Shown: positions 8,322 through 17,906, counted from the stretch's first letter. The stretch: 30,130 nucleotides of DNA from Methanothrix sp. (GCA_037128175.1 JBAXWY010000034.1:1-30130); one strand, 5' to 3'. Numbers and translations are program-made. The notes: generated by a model not told the origin, from the letters alone.

Positions 8322-8783
8322 TTACAGCTTTTGCACAATTATATTGCATTCTTTTGAAGCTATGCCCAATATCTCTGCGCCCCTGGGCTTCGCCAGCACC
8401 TGGGCTTCGTGAAACTCCTCTGATCCACAGAGCACATCCTGCTCGGGATGCGTTCCCTGCTCTATCTTGCAGCTCAAACGAGTGCAGGGGCCGATGGACA
8501 CCACCGTCTTCAAGCGGGGCGATGCCGGGTGGCCTTTGGGGAGCACTATCAGCGGTGCGCCCAGTTCCCGAAGCTGATAAATAGTACAGCATAGGCCGCG
8601 CATAACCTTCTCGCCTACGCTTCGGGAAGAAGCCACCATCAGATCCTCCGGATCAGTGAAGAGCACAATCTCCTCTGACTCCGTCTCCAGATAAAAAAAG
8701 TTACCTTTCGTCTTGGCTATAGCTAAAGTGCCACTCTGGCCTACGAGATAAGCTATCTCGTCCTCCTTGATGAGTATATGCAT
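8322..8783 (-). CDS. Conserved hypothetical protein (153 aa)
   Basis: Clean ORF tightly packed in a minus-strand operon. LIVLPKGHPAS and GTHPEQDVLC give a protein-like composition; family not recognised. Confidence 0.75.
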   Translation of the reverse strand: MHILIKEDEIAYLVGQSGTLAIAKTKGNFFYLETESEEIVLFTDPEDLMVASSRSVGEKVMRGLCCTIYQLRELGAPLIVLPKGHPASPRLKTVVSIGPCTRLSCKIEQGTHPEQDVLCGSEEFHEAQVLAKPRGAEILGIASKECNIIVQKL

Positions 8784-8789
8784 GGGCCC

Positions 8790-8942
8790 TTATACTGCCT
8801 TGACGTTCCTGGATTTGCAGGAAGGACACATGGGCCTTCTACCCATTCCCTTAAACTGATTCTTGCAGTCCAGACATTCGTAATCTTTGGTGGCCAAAGT
8901 TTCGATATTCCCTATGTCCGGCCCGCCTCCAACAGTACACAT
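8790..8942 (-). CDS. Small zinc-ribbon protein (50 aa)
   Basis: Not in the ORF track. MCTVGGGPDIGNIETLATKDYECLDCKNQFKGMGRRPMCPSCKSRNVKAV, with two CxxC motifs and a strong GGAGGTGA RBS (8950-8957). The stop lies 6 nt before the next ATG. Confidence 0.85.
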   Translation of the reverse strand: MCTVGGGPDIGNIETLATKDYECLDCKNQFKGMGRRPMCPSCKSRNVKAV

Positions 8943-9023
8943 TTTGCCTTCACCTCCGATCATTCTATGGCACCTTTCTATGGCACTTTGGCATATGTTA
9001 ACTTATCGGAACATTTTTTTGCA

Positions 9024-9632
9024 TCAGAAGCTCAATGCATGCTTCGGGCAAGCTTCCACACATCTGGCGCATTTAATGCAGTCCGGCTTATCCAGTATCT
9101 CGTTTACAGGAAGCTGCATGGGGCAGACCTTCTGGCACTTGCCGCAATCGATGCATTTCTCCGTGTCCACTTTTAGCTGGTATTTCTTGCCACCAACTGC
9201 TCTTTGCATCGTTCCCATGGGGCAAAAGGAGCACCAGGTTCGAGGGGCTATGATTACACCAAAGAGGATGGCAATTGATGTGGTTAGAATGCAGAGCGTA
9301 ACAAAAACCATTCCGATTTTGTCCACTATGCCTTCCGTCTGTATAATGCGAAAGATCATGAATCCCATGAGTGCGATGAAGATGGGGACTCGTAGCCACA
9401 TGCTCCGAAATACTGGCGGAATCTTCAACTTTCGGCTCAGGGGGGCCAGCCAGAAATCAACAAAGCTTCCCCGCGGGCAGAGATTACCGCAAAACCAGCG
9501 TCCTCGGAAGGGAGCACTGATCATCAGGCTGGCAAAGACCAGCAAGAGGAAGTAGCCAAGCTTGGGGTAAAATATGCCGCCTATGGATACTATCAGCACC
9601 ATTATTCCAAGATAAGGGGTAATCTTTAGCAT
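9024..9632 (-). CDS. Membrane 4Fe-4S binding protein (NapH/MauN/YccM-like)
   Basis: TM helices with two CxxxCP motifs (WFCGNLCPRG, WCSFCPMG) and two CxxCxxCxxxCP ferredoxin motifs. Likely start MLKITPY at 9632. Confidence 0.9.
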   Translation of the reverse strand: MLKITPYLGIMVLIVSIGGIFYPKLGYFLLLVFASLMISAPFRGRWFCGNLCPRGSFVDFWLAPLSRKLKIPPVFRSMWLRVPIFIALMGFMIFRIIQTEGIVDKIGMVFVTLCILTTSIAILFGVIIAPRTWCSFCPMGTMQRAVGGKKYQLKVDTEKCIDCGKCQKVCPMQLPVNEILDKPDCIKCARCVEACPKHALSF

Positions 9633-9796
9633 ATTTGTCAGTTGCATAGAGCACGCAAAGTTATATAAGCGATTCCTATTAGCCATTCCCATTAACCTAA
9701 TTCAGGATCGAAATAATCGTGTGTAGAGAGGTTCCTTTGGCAAAGCTTCATAAAAAAAGTTGCTGCAATCTGGATAATGCGCTGCAAGCAGGCAAT

Positions 9797-11086
9797 GTGA
9801 ATGAGCTTTTGCATAAACCCGAGTATAGCCATTGCCATTACGATCTGATTATCGTCGGAGCCGGCCCATCCGGGCTTTTTTGCGCCCTGAACTCTATGCA
9901 AAAGGGCAAAAAGATCCTGATTCTGGAAAAAAAGAGCTCCCCAGGGCATAAGCTCCTCATCTCAGGCACCGGCCAATGCAATATAACCCACGATGGCGAT
10001 ATTCAGGACTTTCTTGATCATTATGGAGATCAGGGCAGATTCCTGCGCCCGGCCCTTCTCGGATTTACAAATATCGATCTCATCTCCTTCTTTAATGAAA
10101 AGGGACTTGGCATGATCCGGGAAAAGGGGGACAAGATGTTTCCAGAGACTAAGCGAGCTAGGGATGTGCTGAACATCATAACTACGCAATGCCGGGAATT
10201 GGGGGTAGTCATCAAGTGCAACCAGGCGGTCAAGTCTATAACCAGGAATGAGAATGGCTTTTTAGTGGGCTGCATAGGAGGCAGCTATGGCAGCAGGCTG
10301 CTGGTAATAGCCACAGGTGGATGCTCTTATCCCGCTACCGGCTCCTGCGGAGACGGCTACAGGTTTGCCGGCATTCTCGGCCACCGCATAACCGAGATTG
10401 GGCCGGCTCTAACCCCGCTTATCATAACGGATTATCCGTTTTCTGATCTGGCCGGGCTCTCGTTTCAGGATATGAAGATCTCGCTCTACCGTCATGCAAA
10501 AATCAGAGAGCATAGTGGCGATATTCTATTTACCCATGAGGGGCTCTCTGGCCCGGGAATTCTTGACTTATCCCGGTATATTCGAGCAAAAGACATCTTA
10601 AAGCTCTCTTTTGTGCCGGACGGTAAACGAAAGGCTCTGGAAGAATGGCTCGTAGATAAGGCGCGACTGGATGGAGCAAGGAGCTTATTGTCTGTGCTGG
10701 CGGATCTGCCTCGCTTTGTGCCGTCATCAGTGCCACTCTATCCCCGGCTGATAAAGAGAATGCTGGAGATCTCGGGGATCGCCACCGACCTGAAAATGGC
10801 TCAATTGACTCGAGATATGCGTAGTTGCTTGATTGATAATCTCACCGGCCTATCTCTGGTTGTATCCGATCTTTGCGGCTATAACACCGCCATGGTTACC
10901 AGAGGCGGAGTGGAAACGATGGAGGTCGATCCCAAAACCATGCAGTCCCGGCTGGTTAAAGGACTGTATCTGGTGGGCGAGGTTTTGGATGTGGACGGAG
11001 ATACTGGTGGCTATAACCTGCAAGCGGCATTTTCGACAGGAATGCTGGCGGCCAGGAGCATAAAGAGCAATTTATCATCGTCATAG
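9797..11086 (+). CDS. HI0933/BaiN-family NAD(P)/FAD-dependent flavoprotein
   Basis: IVGAGPSG, KLLISGTGQCNIT, ATGGCSYPATGSCGDGY, FTHEGLSGP, VTRGGV and GEVLDVDGDTGGYNLQAAFSTG. Start uncertain (GTG at 9719 or 9797). Confidence 0.93.
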   Translation: MNELLHKPEYSHCHYDLIIVGAGPSGLFCALNSMQKGKKILILEKKSSPGHKLLISGTGQCNITHDGDIQDFLDHYGDQGRFLRPALLGFTNIDLISFFNEKGLGMIREKGDKMFPETKRARDVLNIITTQCRELGVVIKCNQAVKSITRNENGFLVGCIGGSYGSRLLVIATGGCSYPATGSCGDGYRFAGILGHRITEIGPALTPLIITDYPFSDLAGLSFQDMKISLYRHAKIREHSGDILFTHEGLSGPGILDLSRYIRAKDILKLSFVPDGKRKALEEWLVDKARLDGARSLLSVLADLPRFVPSSVPLYPRLIKRMLEISGIATDLKMAQLTRDMRSCLIDNLTGLSLVVSDLCGYNTAMVTRGGVETMEVDPKTMQSRLVKGLYLVGEVLDVDGDTGGYNLQAAFSTGMLAARSIKSNLSSS

Positions 11087-11155
11087 TAACCGCTGCTTAC
11101 ATATCTCCCCACCAAAATAGTCCTGTCCATGGGACAATCTCAATAAGGTGGTAAA

Positions 11156-11818
11156 ATGCATAAAAATATTATTATTCTATTCATGCTGTCGGCCCTGCTG
11201 GTTGCGACGGTGGAAGCAGAACTGAAATCCAATGAAAAGCAGGAGATTCTTGCCGCGCAAAATCGATATCGAGCCGAGGTAAATGTCACTGCCCTAAACT
11301 GGTCCGAGAACCTCTCTCATCAGGCCCAGGAGTGCGCTGATTATAATGCCGCTAACTTTCTGCCCCAGGGAAAGCAAAAGCACTGTCCCAAGTCCGGATT
11401 TGGGCAAAATATAGCTCTTGCGACAACGAGCCTGCATAGAACTCTCCCCCAAATGGTCGATCAATGGGGCGAAGAAAGAAAGAATTTCATCAATGGAGAG
11501 TATCCTTCCGTCAGCGCCACAGGATCGCCCGGTGCCGTCAGCCATTACACGCAAATAATCTGGCAGGAAACGGCTGAGGTGGGGTGCGCAAAAGCCAACT
11601 CCAGCGGAAACGAAATTTTGGTCTGCGACTACAGCCCGCGAGGCAATATAAACGGCACGGCAGTTTATGCTCCAGAGCGGCCCAAGGCTGTCGAGGTTGG
11701 GGCGACAAATCAGTATAAAACACTGACAAACAACTTTGCTAAAAATCCAATGCGCAATATTATCATCAATACCGTATTCAACCGGCCCGTCTCCTGCTAC
11801 TCGACAAACCCGGTTTGA
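11156..11818 (+). CDS. Secreted CAP/SCP (PR-1-like) domain protein
   Basis: Signal peptide; QNRYRAEV...LNWS, GQNIA, HYTQIIWQETAEVGCA and LVCDYSPRGN. Confidence 0.92.
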   Translation: MHKNIIILFMLSALLVATVEAELKSNEKQEILAAQNRYRAEVNVTALNWSENLSHQAQECADYNAANFLPQGKQKHCPKSGFGQNIALATTSLHRTLPQMVDQWGEERKNFINGEYPSVSATGSPGAVSHYTQIIWQETAEVGCAKANSSGNEILVCDYSPRGNINGTAVYAPERPKAVEVGATNQYKTLTNNFAKNPMRNIIINTVFNRPVSCYSTNPV

Positions 11819-11843
11819 GGGACGAATGGAGTCAAATTAGGAA

Positions 11844-12386
11844 ATGAGCGGCAAAAAGAGGATCAATATGCTCGACATTTTAAGAGAGAGGCGCAGCATC
11901 AGAAGATACAGGGACCGGGAGATAGAACCCGAGAAAATTGAACTGATAAAGGAGGCCGCGCTGCGCTCCCCCTCCTCTCGCGGCATCAATCCCTGGCGTT
12001 TCCGTTTTGTCACGGACAGAGCAACGCTGGCGGAGCTGTCCAGAGCCAAAGAGAGCGGCTCAAGTTTCCTGAAAGGAGCGAGCCTTGGTGTGGTTGTCTG
12101 CGCCGCACAGGGAGAGTCGGATGTCTGGGTGGAAGACTGCTCCATTGCCGCCATCATCCTGCAACTCGCAGGCTGCAGCCTCGGTCTGGGCTCTTGCTGG
12201 ATTCAGATTCGAAAGAGAATGCACAGCAGCAATCTCTCCTCGGAGGATTACATCAAGCGACTGCTTGATCTGCCCGAGAATTTGAGTGTTCTGTCCATGA
12301 TCGCCTTCGGCTATCCAGATGAGGAAATGAGGCCAGTTCCCAGTGAGCAGCTCGAATATGAAAAGATCTTACAGATTCCTAAATAG
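11844..12386 (+). CDS. Nitroreductase family protein
   Basis: RRSIRRY, SPSSRGINPWRF, EDCSIAA, LGLGSCWIQIR and FGYPDE. Confidence 0.93.
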   Translation: MSGKKRINMLDILRERRSIRRYRDREIEPEKIELIKEAALRSPSSRGINPWRFRFVTDRATLAELSRAKESGSSFLKGASLGVVVCAAQGESDVWVEDCSIAAIILQLAGCSLGLGSCWIQIRKRMHSSNLSSEDYIKRLLDLPENLSVLSMIAFGYPDEEMRPVPSEQLEYEKILQIPK

Positions 12387-12474
12387 AAAAGGCCCCAGGC
12401 AGAGCAGCGCCGGTACATTACACCGGAACCGTTCCGCCTGGAATCTTTTTGCCAGGACTTGCCGGACTTACAGG

Positions 12475-14208
12475 CTAACCGGTAACCACAATCCGGTCCA
12501 TCCGCCCGGGCGAGACTGGCGAGAAAGCCTGGAAGTATTCTATAAAGGCATCCACATCACTAACCCCGCATACCCTATTCTTTCCAGCACTAAAGACTGT
12601 GAAGTTGTCTCCCCCATCCGCCAGGAAGCCATTGGCAGCAACGCGATAGTATACCTTTGGATCTATGGTTTTTCCGTTGATCTTGATGGAGTTGATATCG
12701 ACCTTCTGGCCGATGGAAGCACTCTGGTTCCAGGTGTAGTTGAAGCCACGAGAGACCTGGATGATTTTATTTATCCCAGGACTTGGATTGTCAAACTGCC
12801 CCTCCAGCAGCTCATCGATCTGGCTGCCCGTCAGATTCACGGCAAATATGCTATTACCAAATGGCTGCACGCTGAAAGCCTCACCGTAAGTCACATTGCC
12901 CGGCCCCTCGCTCTGGCTCGCTTTGTAAATTAGATCGGTGCGTATTCCCCCCTGATTCATGAATGCGACTACTGCGCCCTCCTGGCGGGCAGAGTAGAGC
13001 TGTGTGTCGGCGATGACATCACCCAAAGCCGATTCACCGGAATTGCCCGGCGCTGTGGAAATATCAGCGGTTATCGATCCGATTACCTTCTGTGTCAGGG
13101 GCTTTGCCAATGTGGAGTACTTTTCTACTATTTCTGAAACATCTGCATCTTTGGGTACGTCGCGGGTGACGGCTACATTCTTGGCCTTGGCCAAAAGAAC
13201 ATCTCCTGTTTCTTTGCTGATGACGAGATCTATATCGGTGAGGAACTTGCCTTGATAGTCGGCCTGGGTCACGATGCGTCCGTCAACGGTGGATACATAG
13301 TACTGATGAGTGTGTCCAGTGACGAATACATCCACCTCTTTATCGCAGCGTTTGACAACATCAATGATGGATCCTGAGAAATTCCGGCTTTCGCTGGGCA
13401 GTCCCTCCTGTTGGCCTCCATCATGAATCAGGACGATTATTGTCTTTATGCCCTTTTTCTTCAGCTCCCCTACAACAGTATTGATCGAATCTGCCTCATC
13501 CAGGAACGTCAGGCCGCGAACATTGGACGGCGCAACAATTGCAGGAGTATCTTTCAAGGATACGCCAATGAAGGCTACGGGGATTCCCTCGATTTCCCGT
13601 ATCATGTAGGGCGGAAAGAGCGTATTGTTAGTGATATCGATACTAGTGTTATTGCTGTTAGCACTATTGACCACGTTTGCCGTAAGGTAATAGTATCCAG
13701 CACCCACAAAACGATCTTTATCCTGGCAGCCATCGACCTGGTGGCAGCAGCCGTACTGCATACGCTGCAGCTCCGGCACGCCTTTATCGAATTCGTGGTT
13801 GCCCACTGCGGAATACTCCAGACCGATCTCGCTCAATGCCTCTATGGTGGGCTCGTCGTGAAAAAAAGCCGAAACCAGAGGGCTTGCGCCAATGCAGTCC
13901 CCTGCCGATACAATGACTGTATTGGGATTGGTGGCTTTTAGTGCCTTAATCTGGGTGGCCAGGTAAGACGCTCCCCCAACCTCTGCCTTAAAGGGATAAT
14001 TGGTGGTGTTGTAGTATAGAGTTTGGCTGCCGGAGGGCGGCTCAATCTGGCCGTGAAAATCGTTTAGGGCCACAATCTGAAGCTCAACGGTCTCTTCCGT
14101 AGGATTAATGGGTGCACAGGTTGTTATGGAAGTGCCAAGCAGCAGAAGAGTGGCAGTCAATAGACTCCATTTAACAAGAGATAATCCCGAACGTTTTAAA
14201 TTTAACAA
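12475..14208 (-). CDS. Secreted bifunctional metallophosphatase/5'-nucleotidase (UshA-like)
   Basis: LNDFHG, SAGD, GNHEFDKG and GHTH motifs, with a 5'-NT C-terminal domain (NQGGIR, VQPFGN, FLADGGDNF). Probable TTG start at 14208 with GGAGG; signal peptide. Confidence 0.93.
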   Translation of the reverse strand: MLNLKRSGLSLVKWSLLTATLLLLGTSITTCAPINPTEETVELQIVALNDFHGQIEPPSGSQTLYYNTTNYPFKAEVGGASYLATQIKALKATNPNTVIVSAGDCIGASPLVSAFFHDEPTIEALSEIGLEYSAVGNHEFDKGVPELQRMQYGCCHQVDGCQDKDRFVGAGYYYLTANVVNSANSNNTSIDITNNTLFPPYMIREIEGIPVAFIGVSLKDTPAIVAPSNVRGLTFLDEADSINTVVGELKKKGIKTIIVLIHDGGQQEGLPSESRNFSGSIIDVVKRCDKEVDVFVTGHTHQYYVSTVDGRIVTQADYQGKFLTDIDLVISKETGDVLLAKAKNVAVTRDVPKDADVSEIVEKYSTLAKPLTQKVIGSITADISTAPGNSGESALGDVIADTQLYSARQEGAVVAFMNQGGIRTDLIYKASQSEGPGNVTYGEAFSVQPFGNSIFAVNLTGSQIDELLEGQFDNPSPGINKIIQVSRGFNYTWNQSASIGQKVDINSIKINGKTIDPKVYYRVAANGFLADGGDNFTVFSAGKNRVCGVSDVDAFIEYFQAFSPVSPGRMDRIVVTG

Positions 14209-14333
14209 TTTTAATCCTCCTAATCTTGTGATCTTATAGGAATTGATCACAAATAAACCTTGCCAAAAAAAGAATTTGCTTGATTTTAAATAGGACAACA
14301 TCCGTATCAAAAGCATACGCGAGGCAGCAGATC

Positions 14334-15419
14334 ATGGCAGTATCGACGACTAAAGTTGTAGTGATAAGCATATTCTTGATTGTAGGAATGGTGCTGGCAG
14401 GGGTTTTAATGCAGCCCGAGGCTTCCTTGGATGCCTGGAATATCAAAGAGAGCGACTTTCCCGCAAATGATAGCAGAGAGGAGAAGCTTACCTTCCTGCT
14501 CAATTATGCAGTCCTCGCGCCCTCCAGCCACAACAGCCAGCCCTGGAAGTTTAACGTCACCAATGATAGTATCCTGGTCTTTGCCGATAGATCAAGACGG
14601 CTGCAGGTTGCGGACAGAGATCAAAGAGAGCTGTACATAAGTTTGGGCTGTGCCCTGGAAAATCTGATTGTAGCGGCGGACCACTTTGGTTACAACTCTA
14701 GCGTTGCCTACTTCCCCGGAGATGAGGATCTTGTGGCTAAAGTAGTATTGCAGCCGGCTGCCAATCCCTCCAATCCTTCCAGAGATACTCGGCTCTTCTC
14801 GGCCATCCTTTCTCGCCAGACCAACCGCAATCCTTACGAGCCGCGGGCTATCTCCGAGTCCGATCTGAAAACTATCAAGAGCCTCAGTTCTGATGAGGAT
14901 GTCAGTATTTTCATAACTAGCGATTCTGCCATAAAGAAAGGCTTCCAAGATCTCGTAGTCCAGGCAAACGGCATTCAGTATTCCGATGCCAACTTTAAGA
15001 GCGAGCTGGGCCACTGGCTGGGCCAGGGCGTCATGGGGCCCACGGGCGTGCAGGCCAAGATGGCTCAGCTAGCGGTTGTCTTTTTAGATGTGGGACCAGA
15101 GCAATCTAAAAAGGACGCCGAGTTGATCAACAGCACGCCCTATCTAGGCTTCCTCAGCACAACAAAAAACGATAGCATCTCATCCCTCAAGGCGGGAAGG
15201 GTTCTGGAGCGTTTCTGGCTCACTGCCACGGCTCTGGGCGTCAGCCTGCATCCCATGAGCCAGGCACTGGAGGTGGCAGAGACAAAGGCAAATCTGATCG
15301 ATCTCTTGCCTGCGAAGTCAGGTATGATGCAGGTGCAGCAGGCCTTCCGGCTGGGGTATGCCAAACCGGCCACGGAGCATTCGCCAAGAAGGCCGCTGCA
15401 AGAAGTGTTGATGAAGTAG
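14334..15419 (+). CDS. Acg-family FMN-binding nitroreductase-like protein with an N-terminal hydrophobic segment
   Basis: AVLAPSSHNSQPW, DRDQRELYISLGCALENL, RQTNRNPY, AGRVLERFWL, HPMSQALE, FRLGYA and SPRRPL. Confidence 0.88.
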   Translation: MAVSTTKVVVISIFLIVGMVLAGVLMQPEASLDAWNIKESDFPANDSREEKLTFLLNYAVLAPSSHNSQPWKFNVTNDSILVFADRSRRLQVADRDQRELYISLGCALENLIVAADHFGYNSSVAYFPGDEDLVAKVVLQPAANPSNPSRDTRLFSAILSRQTNRNPYEPRAISESDLKTIKSLSSDEDVSIFITSDSAIKKGFQDLVVQANGIQYSDANFKSELGHWLGQGVMGPTGVQAKMAQLAVVFLDVGPEQSKKDAELINSTPYLGFLSTTKNDSISSLKAGRVLERFWLTATALGVSLHPMSQALEVAETKANLIDLLPAKSGMMQVQQAFRLGYAKPATEHSPRRPLQEVLMK

Positions 15420-15450
15420 CAAAGCCGACAAAAAAACAAAAAAAGAAACC

Positions 15451-15497
15451 AAAAAAGAAACGGCTCCTGAATCATCCTGGAGCCGTTTCTTTTTTTT
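15451..15497. terminator. Bidirectional hairpin terminator between convergent genes
   Basis: AAAAAAGAAACGGCTCC-N11-GGAGCCGTTTCTTTTTT, a perfect 17-bp inverted repeat with A/T tails. Confidence 0.85.
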
Positions 15498-15509
15498 GTC
15501 CTCGCTTTT

Positions 15510-17669
15510 TCACCTTCGCTCTCCTTTGATAGTCGGTCCAGCAAAGCCCTCCAGCTTCTTTAGTATCGCCTCTTCCTGCTCCAGTGTGCCGTCGCCCAAA
15601 ACTTGAGCCTCACTCTGCAAGTATTCCCGGAACTGACCAAACAACTCTGGATATGGCTCTGAGACGACTAAAGGCAGAGACTGCCGCTCCCACTCCCCGA
15701 GCTCTATCGGGATGACAATTCCATTGGCGAGTGTCACGGACGGCACAATCTTCCAGCCCTTATCTGCCGCCTTCCTTTCATCGATCATCCAGTTCTTGAG
15801 CAGATCCGCATAGCGAGAGAGAAGCACAGCTTTTCTTATGCCGCTGTTCTGGTAGAAATCAGCATTTTCCTCTGCCATATCCACTTCGGCTTCATCGCTA
15901 TCCTGCACTCCATTTCTATCCTCGTAGCTGACGGTAAGCCGCATGTTCCCCTGATTGGAGAGCTTCTTCAGCTTCACCAGGATCACTCCGCCCTTAACCT
16001 GGCCGTCCTCGGCCTTGGAGGGGAATAAGGTATTGACCTTCATCAGCTCGCCCGTGGCCTGGTCCGCCTCAGGAGAGCCGTAGACTTTCTCAATCTCGTA
16101 GCCCGGCGCATCCAGCTTGAGGCGCAGATCAAAGACCAGCGGCGTGACCATGAAATCGAATTCATCGTTCATGCGCGTCTGGAACTCGCTTGCAGAGTGG
16201 ACTGAGTAGTAGTTGGCCCCCTTGATCTTGGTGATGCCCTCTACCAGCGCCGTGTTGAAGTCCACGCCGATACCGATGAATGTGGTGTAAATTCCCTGAT
16301 CGGCATTATCCTCCAGCATTTGGTAGAGCGGGAGGTCGCCGGTCTCCCCCATGTTGGGCATGGCATCGGTCAAAAAGATTATCCTGTTCTCGTACTCTGA
16401 TTTGTCGGCTTGCAGGAATCGATCAAAGAGAGCCGTCCCTTCTTCCATTCCTGCCTCCATGTTGGTTCCGTATGTTTCCTTGATCTTGAGGATGCGGCTC
16501 TTCAGCCTCTCCGGGTCTTTATCAGCAAAGCTTGTGAGCGGATCGACCAGGAAGGCATCGTCGCTGAATATTACCAGCCCGAAGCGATCCTCCGGCTTGA
16601 GCTGGCCCAGGAGTGCTACCACCGACTCATCGGCAATCTGCATCTTGGTCTTGCTCATGCTGGATTCGTCCCCTTTCTGCTCTACCTTATTGCCGAAGCG
16701 ATCGTAGTAGTATTCATCGAAGGGGCTGCCCATGGAACCGGAGAAATCCAGCACCACCACCAGGTTCAGCTTCTTTCTCTGGAAATTGGTCATTCCGGAG
16801 TTCAGGCCCACGGAGAGATAGTATTGCGGCTGCATTGATATGGGATCTTTAGAAACGGCGTAGCTGTAGGAAGGGCAGAAGAGCTTCTTGCATTCCAGGG
16901 CCGCGCCCGTATCAAAGTAGTAATCATAAAACAGGCCTTCGTAGGTCACATCGCTTGGCAGGGGCAAATAGTCCTGCAAAATGTTCTCCCGGAAGTTGCT
17001 GATGTCCTTGGCGCCGCCCGCCGAAAAACCGATGCTGGGGCGGCCCGCGCCAGACGCTATGGGGCTAGGTGCAGCCGCAGGAGAGGCCATGCTGTAGGAC
17101 ATGAGCGGCGCGCTGCCAATGGCTTTTGAGGCTCTGCCTCCACCGCCCCCAATGCTTCCCGCGCCAACCATGGGCGCGCTTTCATCCGCAACCTCTGATT
17201 CCTGGACAAGGAATTTTACGGAATTGCTCTTAGGCGCCGCTTTATCTACTGTAAACCACAGCTCATAATCGCCTTCCAGGCCGGCCTGGTACCATGCCGT
17301 GTAGCTCTTGCTCTTTTGCACGGAAGTATTGAGGATTGTGGCAACAGAGCCGGTGGGGTAGAGGCAGAAGAGCTGCATCTCTCCGCTTGCCTCCGGCATT
17401 AGCCGAAGTTGTGCCCAACCGCCGGTAGGGATATCCAAAGAGGTGCGCGACTGTTTGCCCTTGGAATCGACTATTAAAAGGCTGCTTTTATCCGGCAGAG
17501 CGCTTATCGATCCATTCTCCACCAGCCGGGCTGCGTCTTCGGGATTCTCGTAAGCATACCAGCTTGCTTCCTGATCCGATGCAGGAAATGACGGGTCCGA
17601 AGCTGTGCCGGGATACAGGCAGATGATAGCAATTACTGCCAATGGCAATATGGTCCGATTGATTTTCAT
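15510..17669 (-). CDS. Secreted von Willebrand factor A (YfbK-like) domain protein
   Basis: Signal peptide at MKINRTILPL (17669). MIDAS motif VLDFSGSM...GTNMEAG...IIFLTD, then FIGIGVDFN. An N-terminal beta domain and a Gly/Ala/Ser/Pro linker precede it. Confidence 0.88.
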   Translation of the reverse strand: MKINRTILPLAVIAIICLYPGTASDPSFPASDQEASWYAYENPEDAARLVENGSISALPDKSSLLIVDSKGKQSRTSLDIPTGGWAQLRLMPEASGEMQLFCLYPTGSVATILNTSVQKSKSYTAWYQAGLEGDYELWFTVDKAAPKSNSVKFLVQESEVADESAPMVGAGSIGGGGGRASKAIGSAPLMSYSMASPAAAPSPIASGAGRPSIGFSAGGAKDISNFRENILQDYLPLPSDVTYEGLFYDYYFDTGAALECKKLFCPSYSYAVSKDPISMQPQYYLSVGLNSGMTNFQRKKLNLVVVLDFSGSMGSPFDEYYYDRFGNKVEQKGDESSMSKTKMQIADESVVALLGQLKPEDRFGLVIFSDDAFLVDPLTSFADKDPERLKSRILKIKETYGTNMEAGMEEGTALFDRFLQADKSEYENRIIFLTDAMPNMGETGDLPLYQMLEDNADQGIYTTFIGIGVDFNTALVEGITKIKGANYYSVHSASEFQTRMNDEFDFMVTPLVFDLRLKLDAPGYEIEKVYGSPEADQATGELMKVNTLFPSKAEDGQVKGGVILVKLKKLSNQGNMRLTVSYEDRNGVQDSDEAEVDMAEENADFYQNSGIRKAVLLSRYADLLKNWMIDERKAADKGWKIVPSVTLANGIVIPIELGEWERQSLPLVVSEPYPELFGQFREYLQSEAQVLGDGTLEQEEAILKKLEGFAGPTIKGERR

Positions 17670-17863
17670 AACCCACTCATCCAGAACAATAGAATGGTAA
17701 CTAATACGCTTTTTTCTATTTAAGGTCATCTTTTTATTACCACTTATCGTCCCAAATCCCGTTACAACATTATGTAATTCTGAAGTACATTTTTCTCTGC
17801 CATCTGCATGGTGGTTTGGAATCAGCGTAACATGGTTTTGCGTTCATGCGATGGCGCCTTTGA

Positions 17864-17889
17864 TGCCCCGCAGCAGAGCTGCCGGGGTG
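17864..17889 (-). terminator. GC-rich hairpin downstream of the DUF1269-like gene
   Basis: GCCCCGCAGC-aga-GCTGCcGGGGT imperfect stem, 18 nt past the stop. Confidence 0.35.
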
Positions 17890-17906
17890 CGCCTGTTTGA
17901 CGGATT

